Of a stretch of DNA of 64,000 nt, positions 9,211-17,870 are shown piece after piece. This stretch comes from an uncultured Bacilli bacterium (GTDB taxonomy: Bacteria; Bacillota_I; Bacilli_A; RF39; UBA660): assembly GCA_947598485.1 (NCBI GenBank), contig CANQFJ010000003.1, forward strand, positions 7,754 through 71,753, read 5' to 3'. How positions within the stretch are numbered: position 1 is the first letter of the stretch; each line of letters begins with the position of its first letter. Position numbers and translations under genes: made by a program. A model generated the notes under the pieces. It saw only the letters and a list, made by a program, of their open reading frames with translations, was not told where the DNA came from and did not search any database.

Positions 9211-10662
9211 TTAACTTCTAGCTTTACTAGTTTCAATTCCAAGCTTTTCACAATAAGAATCTAAGTATTCATAAAAGTGATTTATATCAATATTATAATC
9301 TTGCGGTACGTCATACATTATCTTAGTTATTAATTGATCTGCTACGTTAACAGCGTCAGAATATGACATATTAGAATTTATATTTTTACGAAAATACATA
9401 TCGGCAACATAATCATATATTGGATAGTATTCCTCTTGACTAACACTAATAGAGTCATTGTGATAATCTGTATACTGAGCTTGGATTAACTCTAATATCG
9501 TAGTAGCATAATTATCATCTTGATTAAACTCATCTAATTTACTGGCATAATAGCTTACACTATGATTCACATAATCTTCTAAAGTATAGTTATCCATACA
9601 CTCTATCATAATCTTATGGTAATTGCTTTGTAATTGGTAGGCAATATCAAGTTCATCATAGTCAAATAAACTAACGGTAAATAAAGAGTTTAAAGCTTCT
9701 GCTGTTATGGTATTACTAAAGTTTTGACCCTCAACTTGGACCTTTACTCTCGTGTCGTTAATAATCCAATCTCCTGTTCTTAGACAGTGATTAAATTCAT
9801 GAAAGATAACTTGATAAGGCCAGGTTCCTTTAACATAATCATAATCTTTTAAAACATATATTTTATTTTCGCTTCTAACATAACAGCCATATGAATCCAT
9901 GCTTAAAGAATGTCTTACTAATTCTAATTTATCACACTCAACAACCTCTAAAGTTTTTAAATTTTCATAAAGAACTCTAAGCTCTATATTTGGATATTTA
10001 TTAATTAAACTATCACAGTATTCATATAAAAGATTTTTAAATTTTTCTGAAATATGATTATTTTTTTGAATACGACTTTTAACTTGATCAATACTTACAT
10101 TGTCATAATCAAAAACTTTATCTAAGTACTCCATATCATAGATAAATTTATAGCTAAGCCAATCACTTTCTAAATAAGTATCTACTACTAATTCATCAGG
10201 TGGGGTTTTTATAAAGTCTAATCCAGGCTTTGATTCATCAGGTTTCTCAGTAATTTCTGGTGTAGGCTCATCATAGGAAAGGTAATCTTTTAAATCTTCT
10301 TCAACAGTTTGCGTAGAATTAATTCTAGATTCTTCAAAAGCCCGAATTCTTTCTTCACTTTTACGCATTTCATTAAATGTGCTAAACATAAATGTACTTA
10401 GTAAAGTAAGACTTAAAGTTACTGATACACCTCCGATAATAACTTTAGGTACCATTCCTTTTTTGGAATCTTTTCTAGCATTCATAACTAAGGGCACATT
10501 AATAAAACAAAGCGATAAATCAATTAATTCTTCTATAGTAATGTAAGATAAACTACCATCAACATTGTTTCTTAAAAAAAAGTGTTTGTTATGGTTATCT
10601 AAATACATATTATAAGATTTTCCCTTATAAGTAAATTGAAAAACTTTTTGATAATACTTCAT
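9211..10662 (-). CDS. bitopic membrane protein encoded upstream of essC, with an extracytoplasmic domain carrying an HEXXH motif
   Basis: 483 aa. It has an N-terminal domain of about 70 aa, one TM helix (VIIGGVSVTLSLTLLSTFMFSTF) and a C-terminal domain of about 390 aa. That domain contains VIFHEFNHCL (codons at 9787-9801). GGAG Shine-Dalgarno upstream. No recognisable EssB/EssA/EsaA signature. Confidence 0.5.
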   Translation of the reverse strand: MKYYQKVFQFTYKGKSYNMYLDNHNKHFFLRNNVDGSLSYITIEELIDLSLCFINVPLVMNARKDSKKGMVPKVIIGGVSVTLSLTLLSTFMFSTFNEMRKSEERIRAFEESRINSTQTVEEDLKDYLSYDEPTPEITEKPDESKPGLDFIKTPPDELVVDTYLESDWLSYKFIYDMEYLDKVFDYDNVSIDQVKSRIQKNNHISEKFKNLLYEYCDSLINKYPNIELRVLYENLKTLEVVECDKLELVRHSLSMDSYGCYVRSENKIYVLKDYDYVKGTWPYQVIFHEFNHCLRTGDWIINDTRVKVQVEGQNFSNTITAEALNSLFTVSLFDYDELDIAYQLQSNYHKIMIECMDNYTLEDYVNHSVSYYASKLDEFNQDDNYATTILELIQAQYTDYHNDSISVSQEEYYPIYDYVADMYFRKNINSNMSYSDAVNVADQLITKIMYDVPQDYNIDINHFYEYLDSYCEKLGIETSKARS

Positions 10663-10722
10663 AATCTAAAACACTCCATACTTGCAAATCTTTAAGCTAC
10701 TGTTAACACTGCTTATTCTAAC

Positions 10723-10754
10723 TAATTGTATCATAATTTTCGAAAAAAGTTGCA
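10723..10754 (-). promoter_or_regulatory. promoter module of the membrane-protein/essC/esaB operon (copy B of the duplicated motif)
   Basis: The plus strand reads TAATTGTATCATA-ATTTTCGAAAAAAGTTGCA. In minus orientation this is TGCAAC-N18-TACAAT. The -10 box lies 63 nt from the start codon, against 65 nt for copy A. Confidence 0.5.
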
Positions 10755-10792
10755 CTATTTTTGCAAGTTTATGTATTTTTATATACTAAATC

Positions 10793-10826
10793 AAAAAAAC
10801 CCAAATTTTAAAACTTGGGAATTTTT
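10793..10826 (-). terminator. putative (bidirectional) terminator after the Ppx/GppA-like gene
   Basis: CCCAA...TTGGG stem (10800-10819), flanked by an A7 run on one side and a T6 run on the other. Confidence 0.45.
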
Positions 10827-10844
10827 TACTTTATTACTAAAGAA

Positions 10845-11714
10845 TTATTTATTTGTCGCGATTATACCATGAGCTATAGCTATATCGGTTGGGACAATAT
10901 ATTTTGCACCAATTTCATCCGCGATAAGAAGGACAAATGCACACATAGCTCTTGTGGCATTCCACCAATCAGGATCATCAGATTGCGCTTTAATATTATC
11001 TAAGGATATTTCTTTAAAATACTTTATAGTATCTTTTCTTCTGGTTTCAGTATCCATCATAATTGGTGAAAAAACATCTTTATAAAGAGTATTATCAGTA
11101 TAACTAATACCCGATAGCCGAGCAAATTTCTCATGTCCTCCCCCTGCTAAAACTAAAATGTCCGCTTTATTTTTAGGAAGGTTGATTTTTTCTTTTATGA
11201 ATTTGATAACAACATCTAAATCCGTTGTTGCAATATCATTTCCTAAATCAGGAAACTTGTTTAGAACATCAATTACCCCTATATTACTATTAGCAGCTTC
11301 AATAACTTCATTATCGCACACAAGTATTTCGGTAGATCCGCCACCGCCTATCATGACACATACTTTTTGCCCAGCATTATGAGATGCTCCAAGGGCAGTT
11401 AACTTGCCTTCATCTTCTTGGGAAATGAGATTAAATTCTAATCCCGTCTTTTCTTTTAAATAATTAAAAAATTTATCATAATCTTCTTTACTTAGTTTTC
11501 TAAAAATGCTTGTTCCATATATGAACTTAGGTATATCTTTGTCTAAGCAGTTAATAAAATCAATAAGTTTATTAACATCATCATAATTTAAAGAATTATT
11601 TACTTGATAATTTTTCTTAAAAAGAATGGTTGTTTCTTTTACTCTAGTTAAGTTTTTACCATCCCATTTATCACACTTAGTAACAGTAGAACCAACCTCA
11701 ATATAATATTTCAT
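10845..11714 (-). CDS. Ppx/GppA-type (ASKHA superfamily) phosphatase-like protein
   Basis: MKYYIEVGSTVTK N-terminus (phosphate-1-like) and a VMIGGGGSTEILV motif (GGGSTE is typical of Ppx/GppA). The start is moved to the ATG at 11712-11714, which is preceded by AGGTG. Confidence 0.55.
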   Translation of the reverse strand: MKYYIEVGSTVTKCDKWDGKNLTRVKETTILFKKNYQVNNSLNYDDVNKLIDFINCLDKDIPKFIYGTSIFRKLSKEDYDKFFNYLKEKTGLEFNLISQEDEGKLTALGASHNAGQKVCVMIGGGGSTEILVCDNEVIEAANSNIGVIDVLNKFPDLGNDIATTDLDVVIKFIKEKINLPKNKADILVLAGGGHEKFARLSGISYTDNTLYKDVFSPIMMDTETRRKDTIKYFKEISLDNIKAQSDDPDWWNATRAMCAFVLLIADEIGAKYIVPTDIAIAHGIIATNK

Positions 11715-11785
11715 AACTACACCTACTTTATAGTAATATCTTATCATTTTTTAGTACTTCATGCTATAATAATTATGGAGATTTT

Positions 11786-12580
11786 ATGAATATATATAAG
11801 GGCTTAAACGAAATAACTAATTATATAGAAAATCATTTAGAAAATAAAATTGACTATGATATATTAGCATCTTTTTTGGGAGTTAACTCTTATACTATGC
11901 AAAGATTATTTTCTTTAATGATTGGCACTTCCATTACCGATTATATTCGTAAAAGAAAGCTTTCTAAAGCTGCTTTAGATTTATATAACAACCCTGAATT
12001 AAAAGTTATTGATGTAGCGCTTAAATATGGTTATGAAAATGCCACTTCTTTTTCAAGAGCTTTTAAAAACTTTCATGGCATTAAACCTAGTAAGGTTGAC
12101 TTAACTAAACTTAAAAATTATCCTCATATTACTTTTGAGGAAAAGGAAATCATGGTTAATGAAACTGAATATGAGATAGTAGAACTTGATGCTCTAGAAT
12201 TATATGGGCTTAAAATTAAAACAAACAATGCTAAAATTAAAAATGATGCCCCGGATTTCTTTCAAAAAATATCAAATAAATATAAAAAAGAATATGGAGA
12301 TATCAAATATGGCATGATTTCCTATGATGATGCCCGCGAAAATTGTAAGTATTATTACGTATTATATGATCAAGAAATAAAAGAATTTGAAAAAGTAACT
12401 ATTCCTAAATCAAGATGGTTGTTATTCCGTATTCCTTCTCAAAAATCTGAGGAAATTCATAAAACGTCGCAGGATTTTTACTATAGTTTTCTTCCTTCAT
12501 GTAATTATAACTTAAAGCCTATTCCTGAGCTAGAATATTACCATGATGATGTAACGGACTTTTTAGTAGCTATTGATTAA
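11786..12580 (+). CDS. AraC-family transcriptional regulator with a GyrI-like effector-binding C-terminal domain
   Basis: N-terminal HTH_18-like region (...TSFSRAFKNFHGIKPS). The C-terminal ~150 aa are typical of the GyrI/SOUL-like fold (YEIVELDALELYGL..., WLLFRIP). Confidence 0.8.
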   Translation: MNIYKGLNEITNYIENHLENKIDYDILASFLGVNSYTMQRLFSLMIGTSITDYIRKRKLSKAALDLYNNPELKVIDVALKYGYENATSFSRAFKNFHGIKPSKVDLTKLKNYPHITFEEKEIMVNETEYEIVELDALELYGLKIKTNNAKIKNDAPDFFQKISNKYKKEYGDIKYGMISYDDARENCKYYYVLYDQEIKEFEKVTIPKSRWLLFRIPSQKSEEIHKTSQDFYYSFLPSCNYNLKPIPELEYYHDDVTDFLVAID

Positions 12581-12616
12581 CTGACAAAACTCGTAAAGAA
12601 AAAGTCAGTTTTTTTA
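12580..12616 (+). terminator. possible terminator after the AraC-family gene
   Basis: ACTGAC (12580-12585) pairs with GTCAGT (12604-12609), followed by a T7 run. The loop is long (18 nt). Confidence 0.4.
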
Positions 12617-12653
12617 TGGAGCAATATGCTAAACTTATAGTCATGGAGGGGTT

Positions 12654-14504
12654 ATGGAAAGATTTTATGAAATATATTTGGCCAAAAAGCATATTACTAA
12701 AGATAATTGGTTAAGTTTTATAAATAAAGTAGGAAACATTTCTCCTATGCCTACATATACTAAGCTTATTATTACTAAAGATTTACATAAAATTCGCTTT
12801 TTTATTAAAACAAAATATAATTTACCTTCAACAATTAATGATTTAAATTCTTTTTTACTTGAAAAGACTAACGAATTTAATATACCAAAAGAAGATTATT
12901 TATTACCTTATTTTATGACTAAAGAAAGTAGTTTAATTGATCTTATTAATCATTTTGAAATTAAAGAAAAAGGTAATATAAGCCATATTGAGATTAACAT
13001 CGTAAATAGCTATGATACTATTTTAAAGAAAAAAATTTACCTCTATGTTAAATCCGGTAACGAAATAATTAAATATCGGATATTTTTAGCTAGTATTTCT
13101 TCCCTTTTGGATATTGATTTCGAGGGAAATAAACGTTTTCAATATAAATCTATCCCTAAATATTTAGATATTAGTAAAACTTTAGATATTTTTACTAATA
13201 ATAGTAATAACGCTCTTTTAAAAATTAATACCTTTCCTTACTTAAATGACGATTATTACTTAAATGAATTTGACTATAGCTTTGATAAGCACTCCATAAT
13301 ATTTGGAGCAAGTGGCTCGGGCAAATCAAAGTTCATAAGCTTATTTATAAATAATTTATATCAAAATAATACCCTTAAAAAAGATTATAAATTTGTAATC
13401 ATAGATCCTCATGCATCTTTAACTGATGATATAGGTTTATTTAGTAACGTCATAAATTTTGATAATGCCTCAATAGATTTATTTGCTACTTTTTCTGAGG
13501 ATATTATAGCTAATACCGAAATATATTTAGACCTATTTAAGTCCCTTATGATAGATCAATATAATGCCAAACTAGAAAGAGTCTTAAGATATAGTACTTA
13601 TTTATTATTAGGAAATAAAGCCTTTAATTTTACTAACTTAAGAAATTTGCTTCTTGATATAAACTATCGAAATGAAATGATAAATAAAGTTGGAAATACA
13701 CTACCAATATGTGTTACTAATTTCTTTTTAAATGATTTTAATGAGCTTAAAACTAAGTCTTATTCTGAAAGTATATCTCCCATTATAAGTTTTATAGATG
13801 AAATGGATATGTTACCAATTTTTAATAATACTGAAATTCATGATAAGTTAAGTGAAAATATTCAAAATAATTTTATTACTTTATTTTCGCTGGATAGAAC
13901 TAAACTTGGAGATAAAATAACTAAGACTATCGCAGGTTTAATTATGCAAAATATTCTTAATATAATCCAAAGTAGAAAAATAAAAGAACATATTATATTT
14001 GTTATTGATGAAGTGGCTATAATTGAAAATCCTATATTATCAAGATTTTTATCAGAAGCAAGAAAATATAATTTATCTCTTGTCTTAGCAGGACAATACT
14101 TTGATCAAATATCATTACAATTAAAGGATTCTATTTTCGCTAATGTTAGTAACTATTATCTATTTAGACTATCGCAAAAAGATGCTACCACTTTTGTGCA
14201 AAATATAAAGATGAAGATTCCTATTGAAGATACAAATGAAAAGAAAGTTGAACTTTTAACTCAATTAGCCAACCAAACATGCTTAGTAAGAATTGAAAAA
14301 GATGACAATTTGCTTCCAGCATTCATGGGTACTACTATGTATTTTTCAAGTAAACCGGCTTTAAAAAAAGAAAAAGTTAAAATAAAGCAATTTTTAAATA
14401 TTCCAAATCCTAAAAGGATTAACTTTAGTACTAACTCAAAAACTAGTTTAAAAGAAATATTGAAAAGGAATTCTACAAGCAGAAAGGAAATAAAAAATGA
14501 ATGA
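12654..14504 (+). CDS. uncharacterised soluble P-loop NTPase of the HerA/FtsK/T4CP-like (DUF87-type) class
   Basis: 616 aa. Walker A is FGASGSGKSKF, followed by VIIDPHAS. Walker B is IIFVIDEVAII, followed by RKYNLSLVLAGQYFDQ. No TM helices. GGAGGGG Shine-Dalgarno. Confidence 0.6.
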   Translation: MERFYEIYLAKKHITKDNWLSFINKVGNISPMPTYTKLIITKDLHKIRFFIKTKYNLPSTINDLNSFLLEKTNEFNIPKEDYLLPYFMTKESSLIDLINHFEIKEKGNISHIEINIVNSYDTILKKKIYLYVKSGNEIIKYRIFLASISSLLDIDFEGNKRFQYKSIPKYLDISKTLDIFTNNSNNALLKINTFPYLNDDYYLNEFDYSFDKHSIIFGASGSGKSKFISLFINNLYQNNTLKKDYKFVIIDPHASLTDDIGLFSNVINFDNASIDLFATFSEDIIANTEIYLDLFKSLMIDQYNAKLERVLRYSTYLLLGNKAFNFTNLRNLLLDINYRNEMINKVGNTLPICVTNFFLNDFNELKTKSYSESISPIISFIDEMDMLPIFNNTEIHDKLSENIQNNFITLFSLDRTKLGDKITKTIAGLIMQNILNIIQSRKIKEHIIFVIDEVAIIENPILSRFLSEARKYNLSLVLAGQYFDQISLQLKDSIFANVSNYYLFRLSQKDATTFVQNIKMKIPIEDTNEKKVELLTQLANQTCLVRIEKDDNLLPAFMGTTMYFSSKPALKKEKVKIKQFLNIPNPKRINFSTNSKTSLKEILKRNSTSRKEIKNE

Positions 14505-15195
14505 TAATAGTTTAAATGAAACCATTAACAAAATTTTTAAAATGATTTTTAATAATCCATGTCCATGGAATATCGATGAAGTAAAAGAAAAGCTTGCATT
14601 TGATATTAAACTTCCTAAAGAAGTAAAAGATACAACAACCGGAGAAATAACATATGCTATAGCTCAAAATGGCGACAAATATATTACAAATAACAATATG
14701 GAAAAGCGTGATATTACAAGTGGTTGGATGCTTCCTTATAAAAAAGTAACTAATTTGGATGACATTATTAGTATATGGGATAGTATTAACTTTATTACAA
14801 CAGAAAGAGTGTATAATTCTGAAAATGTTGCGAAAAGTGATACTATTTATCGGTGTCAAAATGTTTATTGTTCTGGTAACAGTAGTGATTCAAATAATAT
14901 TATCTTTTGTGATTCTTGCCACGAAAGTAACTATACTATAGCATCTCAAAGATCGACAATTTGTAATTACTGTATAAGAGTCGATGATTCTAATAACTGT
15001 GCCAATAGTTATAATGTCGTATGTTCTAGTAAAATTACTAATTCATTTTTTATACAAGATTGCTCTGATTTGTATGAGTGCATATTTTGTTCCCATATAA
15101 GTAACAAACGCTTTTGTATTGCTAATATGCAATTTGAAGAAAACGAATATTTGGAAATTAAAAAAGCTATCATAGACTGGATATTGTCTTCTTGA
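14497..15195 (+). CDS. cysteine-rich repeat protein (232 aa), function unknown
   Basis: The ATG overlaps the ATPase stop by 8 nt. The C-terminal ~110 aa contain about 12 Cys in a roughly 20-aa periodic pattern (YRCQNVYCSG.. FCDSCHES.. ICNYCIRV.. NCANS..VCSS.. DCSDLYECIFCSH.. FCIAN). Confidence 0.5.
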   Translation: MNDNSLNETINKIFKMIFNNPCPWNIDEVKEKLAFDIKLPKEVKDTTTGEITYAIAQNGDKYITNNNMEKRDITSGWMLPYKKVTNLDDIISIWDSINFITTERVYNSENVAKSDTIYRCQNVYCSGNSSDSNNIIFCDSCHESNYTIASQRSTICNYCIRVDDSNNCANSYNVVCSSKITNSFFIQDCSDLYECIFCSHISNKRFCIANMQFEENEYLEIKKAIIDWILSS

Positions 15196-15199
15196 TAGC

Positions 15200-15859
15200 T
15201 TATCTATCATTTGTGTCATCGCCTGTAGCAGATGCTGGTAAAACTTCAATTTTAAACTCCGGTTTTGGCAAAATTATGCCTTTAACAAAGTCTTTATCAC
15301 GAGCAAGTATTTCCCTTAGCTCACGCCATAATTGTCCTTTATAAGGCTCTAAAGATGATGATACACCATAAGCATCAATACCTATTTTATCTGCTAAATA
15401 TAAAGAACGATATAAGTGATATTTTTGCGTTACAATTATTAATTTCTTACATGAATAAACTTCTTTTGCTCGATATATCGAATCATAAGTTGCAACGCCG
15501 TAATGATCTTTATAAATGTTTTCTGAAGGCACATTTAGTTTATTAATTAAATATTTTTTCATGACAGCTACTTCATCATAATTATCTTTACTATGATCTC
15601 CACTTACAATTATTTTTTTAATAGAACTATTTTCATATAGTTTGCTACCAACAATTAAGCGATCCCTAAGCATATCACTTGGACCATCATTTTTAATGCC
15701 TGCACCTAATATCAATATACAATCACCCTTAGACTCATAAGCTTCCTTATTAGTTAAAATTCGTTTATTATATTTAATAACAACATAAAAATTAATTCCT
15801 AAAATAATAATAAAAGCTAACAATATAGGTATACTAATAATAAATATAAACTTTTTCAT
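15200..15859 (-). CDS. SanA/YdcF (DUF218) family membrane-anchored protein
   Basis: N-terminal TM helix, then ILGAGIKNDGPSDMLRDRLIVGSKLY...IIVSGDHSKDNYDEVAVMKKYL, which is typical of SanA-like proteins. Confidence 0.7.
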   Translation of the reverse strand: MKKFIFIISIPILLAFIIILGINFYVVIKYNKRILTNKEAYESKGDCILILGAGIKNDGPSDMLRDRLIVGSKLYENSSIKKIIVSGDHSKDNYDEVAVMKKYLINKLNVPSENIYKDHYGVATYDSIYRAKEVYSCKKLIIVTQKYHLYRSLYLADKIGIDAYGVSSSLEPYKGQLWRELREILARDKDFVKGIILPKPEFKIEVLPASATGDDTNDR

Positions 15860-15863
15860 ATCT

Positions 15864-16436
15864 TTAATCCTTTATAACTTTACTAATTAATAAAGTGGCT
15901 AAATAGGCTGCCAAAATCATAATTAATATCTTTAGTAAAATGGTCGGATCTTTCATGCTATCAATTAATCCTGTTCCTAAGTATCCCCAGAAATAGACCA
16001 TACATACCTTTCCAATCAAAATGGCAATAGCAAACTTTTTAAAATCCATTTTAACTAAACCCGAAGCTATATTAATTGCAAACGCAGGCATGAAAGGACA
16101 CGCTATTACTCCAGCCAAGGTCGCAGGAGACACCTTATTTATAAATTTTATAACATCATTTAACGTAGGATACTTTTTAGCTTTTTTCATTGTCCAATTG
16201 GAAAAGCCTTTTCTTACTAAGAAATAAGAAAGAAAGCAACCTAAGCACGTAAATAGCCAAGAAATCAAAAAACCTAAAACATGGCCAAATGCTAGAAAAT
16301 TAATCGTTATAAATACAAACAAGGGTAAAACAGGTAATATAGATTCCATAACAATTAATATACAAGCCAAAATAGGTGCTAAAGCACCCATAGATAAAAC
16401 AAAATCTTGAATATATATAGGTAATTGTTCTAACAT
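15864..16436 (-). CDS. TVP38/TMEM64 (DedA-related, VTT domain) membrane protein
   Basis: Polytopic membrane ORF with family-like segments (LPVLPLFVFITINFLAFG, ...AINIASGL). The start is taken at MLEQLP, which is preceded by GGAG. Confidence 0.6.
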   Translation of the reverse strand: MLEQLPIYIQDFVLSMGALAPILACILIVMESILPVLPLFVFITINFLAFGHVLGFLISWLFTCLGCFLSYFLVRKGFSNWTMKKAKKYPTLNDVIKFINKVSPATLAGVIACPFMPAFAINIASGLVKMDFKKFAIAILIGKVCMVYFWGYLGTGLIDSMKDPTILLKILIMILAAYLATLLISKVIKD

Positions 16437-16474
16437 CTTTACTCCAACTACCATTATACTACAAAATAACTATT

Positions 16475-16729
16475 TTAATATACGACTTGAACTACTTTAT
16501 AGCCTAAATATGTAAGCCTATGAACAACCTTACTACTTAAAACACCTTTGTTACACATAATATAATATGTTTCATGATAATTTAAATATTTACCAGGATT
16601 ATACATTAATTTATCGGCATAAATATTTATACTTCTTGGATCATGTTTATCTTTATAATCTAAAGGATGTTGAACATCAATTAATTTTCCCATGGAAGAA
16701 TTATATTCACTTATCTTAATCTTTCTCAT
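16475..16729 (-). CDS. small rhodanese-like domain protein (84 aa)
   Basis: IDVQHPLDY...YYIMCNKGVLSSKVVHRLTYLGYKV resembles a single-domain rhodanese with its active-site Cys loop. Confidence 0.5.
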   Translation of the reverse strand: MRKIKISEYNSSMGKLIDVQHPLDYKDKHDPRSINIYADKLMYNPGKYLNYHETYYIMCNKGVLSSKVVHRLTYLGYKVVQVVY

Positions 16730-16732
16730 TAT

Positions 16733-16760
16733 AAAACCTCATAGTATTTTATGAGGTTTT
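16733..16760 (-). terminator. hairpin between the 163-aa gene and the rhodanese-like gene; a terminator, a translational element or both
   Basis: Perfect 10-bp stem AAAACCTCAT / ATGAGGTTTT. In minus orientation the 3' arm contains the GAGG Shine-Dalgarno of the rhodanese-like gene. Confidence 0.5.
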
Positions 16761-16788
16761 ATCGTTTATAAATAATTAATATATCTTA

Positions 16789-17280
16789 TTAAAAAGCATT
16801 CCAATCACAATGATATTTCATTTTACCATCCTTTTTACCATCACCTATATAATCATAAGCAACTTTAAAATCCTCTTTAGTGAGTTTCTTACCTTCATCA
16901 CGTTTAATCGAAGGATTTAAATCCATTGGATCAACATTTTTTATCATATCATACTGAAAATATGATGTTTCAGTAGCTTTTTCGCCATTTTGAGCCATAT
17001 TATACAATTGCCACTTATAATCATTATTCATTTTTTCAGTAATTCTATACATGCTATCTTCTTCAACAGGATATGTAAGATTTAAAACATGATATACACT
17101 TTTTAAATATCCATCTTCCAAATAATAGTAATCATCAGTTCTTGCCCCATCAAAATAATAATAACAATGGATACTTTCACCCATAGGCTTAGAATAAAAT
17201 TTATAGGCATAAATACTACCTATCATTAAAAATAAAACTATTAAAACAAGAGGAATTATTAATTTAACATTATTTTTCAT
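16789..17280 (-). CDS. membrane-anchored small extracytoplasmic protein, paralog 1 (163 aa)
   Basis: N-terminal TM helix. Shares YAYK(F/Y)YS.P....HCY...YY...DG...TYP and a C-terminal Cys with the neighbouring 166-aa ORF. Confidence 0.55.
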   Translation of the reverse strand: MKNNVKLIIPLVLIVLFLMIGSIYAYKFYSKPMGESIHCYYYFDGARTDDYYYLEDGYLKSVYHVLNLTYPVEEDSMYRITEKMNNDYKWQLYNMAQNGEKATETSYFQYDMIKNVDPMDLNPSIKRDEGKKLTKEDFKVAYDYIGDGKKDGKMKYHCDWNAF

Positions 17281-17294
17281 TTCTTACCTCATTA

Positions 17295-17795
17295 TCAATT
17301 TCCACAAGTAAATCCTGGAAGATTTTCATATCCCTTAGTGTAAAAATCTTCATCAGCAGTTAAATATTTATCTTTATCAGTTACTGCAAATAAATCTTTT
17401 AGGCTTTCATCACTAAGTCTTTCATAATCAATAAGTTCCATCTTAACTATTTTATTATCATAATCCGTTAGCTTTTGCATATAGCCTAAATATTTACCTG
17501 CTGTACTATCATCATAACTAGCCTTTAATTCGTTATACAATTCTTCGGAATAAGGATAAGTTGTTACTTCCTCTTTTCTTAAGACTTTTCCATCTTGCAC
17601 AGTATAATATACATCTAAATTTTCCGAATCATTTTTTAAATAACAATGTACTACTTCTCTTTCAGGATAGCTATAATATTTATAAGCATAAAATCCACTG
17701 AAAGCTATTGATACTAAAAGAAGTAGACACAGCATAACAGGTATTATACCATTACATTTTTTCTTATTTTTAGAATTTGTTTTTTGCTTTGACAT
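17295..17795 (-). CDS. membrane-anchored small extracytoplasmic protein, paralog 2 (166 aa)
   Basis: Basic N-terminus plus a TM helix. Paralogous to 16789-17280. Confidence 0.55.
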   Translation of the reverse strand: MSKQKTNSKNKKKCNGIIPVMLCLLLLVSIAFSGFYAYKYYSYPEREVVHCYLKNDSENLDVYYTVQDGKVLRKEEVTTYPYSEELYNELKASYDDSTAGKYLGYMQKLTDYDNKIVKMELIDYERLSDESLKDLFAVTDKDKYLTADEDFYTKGYENLPGFTCGN

Positions 17796-17870
17796 AAGTT
17801 CACCGTCCTATTTAGTTAATTATAATATTAAATTTCAAAATTGTATATCGTTTGATGTTCACATTTACAT

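Noticed and set aside
14512-16227. ORFs 14512-14859(-), 14759-14941(+), 15043-15249(-), 15355-15546(+) and 16021-16227(+)
   Set aside because: They are overlapping or antisense frames of the Cys-rich protein, SanA-like and TVP38-like genes. They have no start signals and implausible composition.
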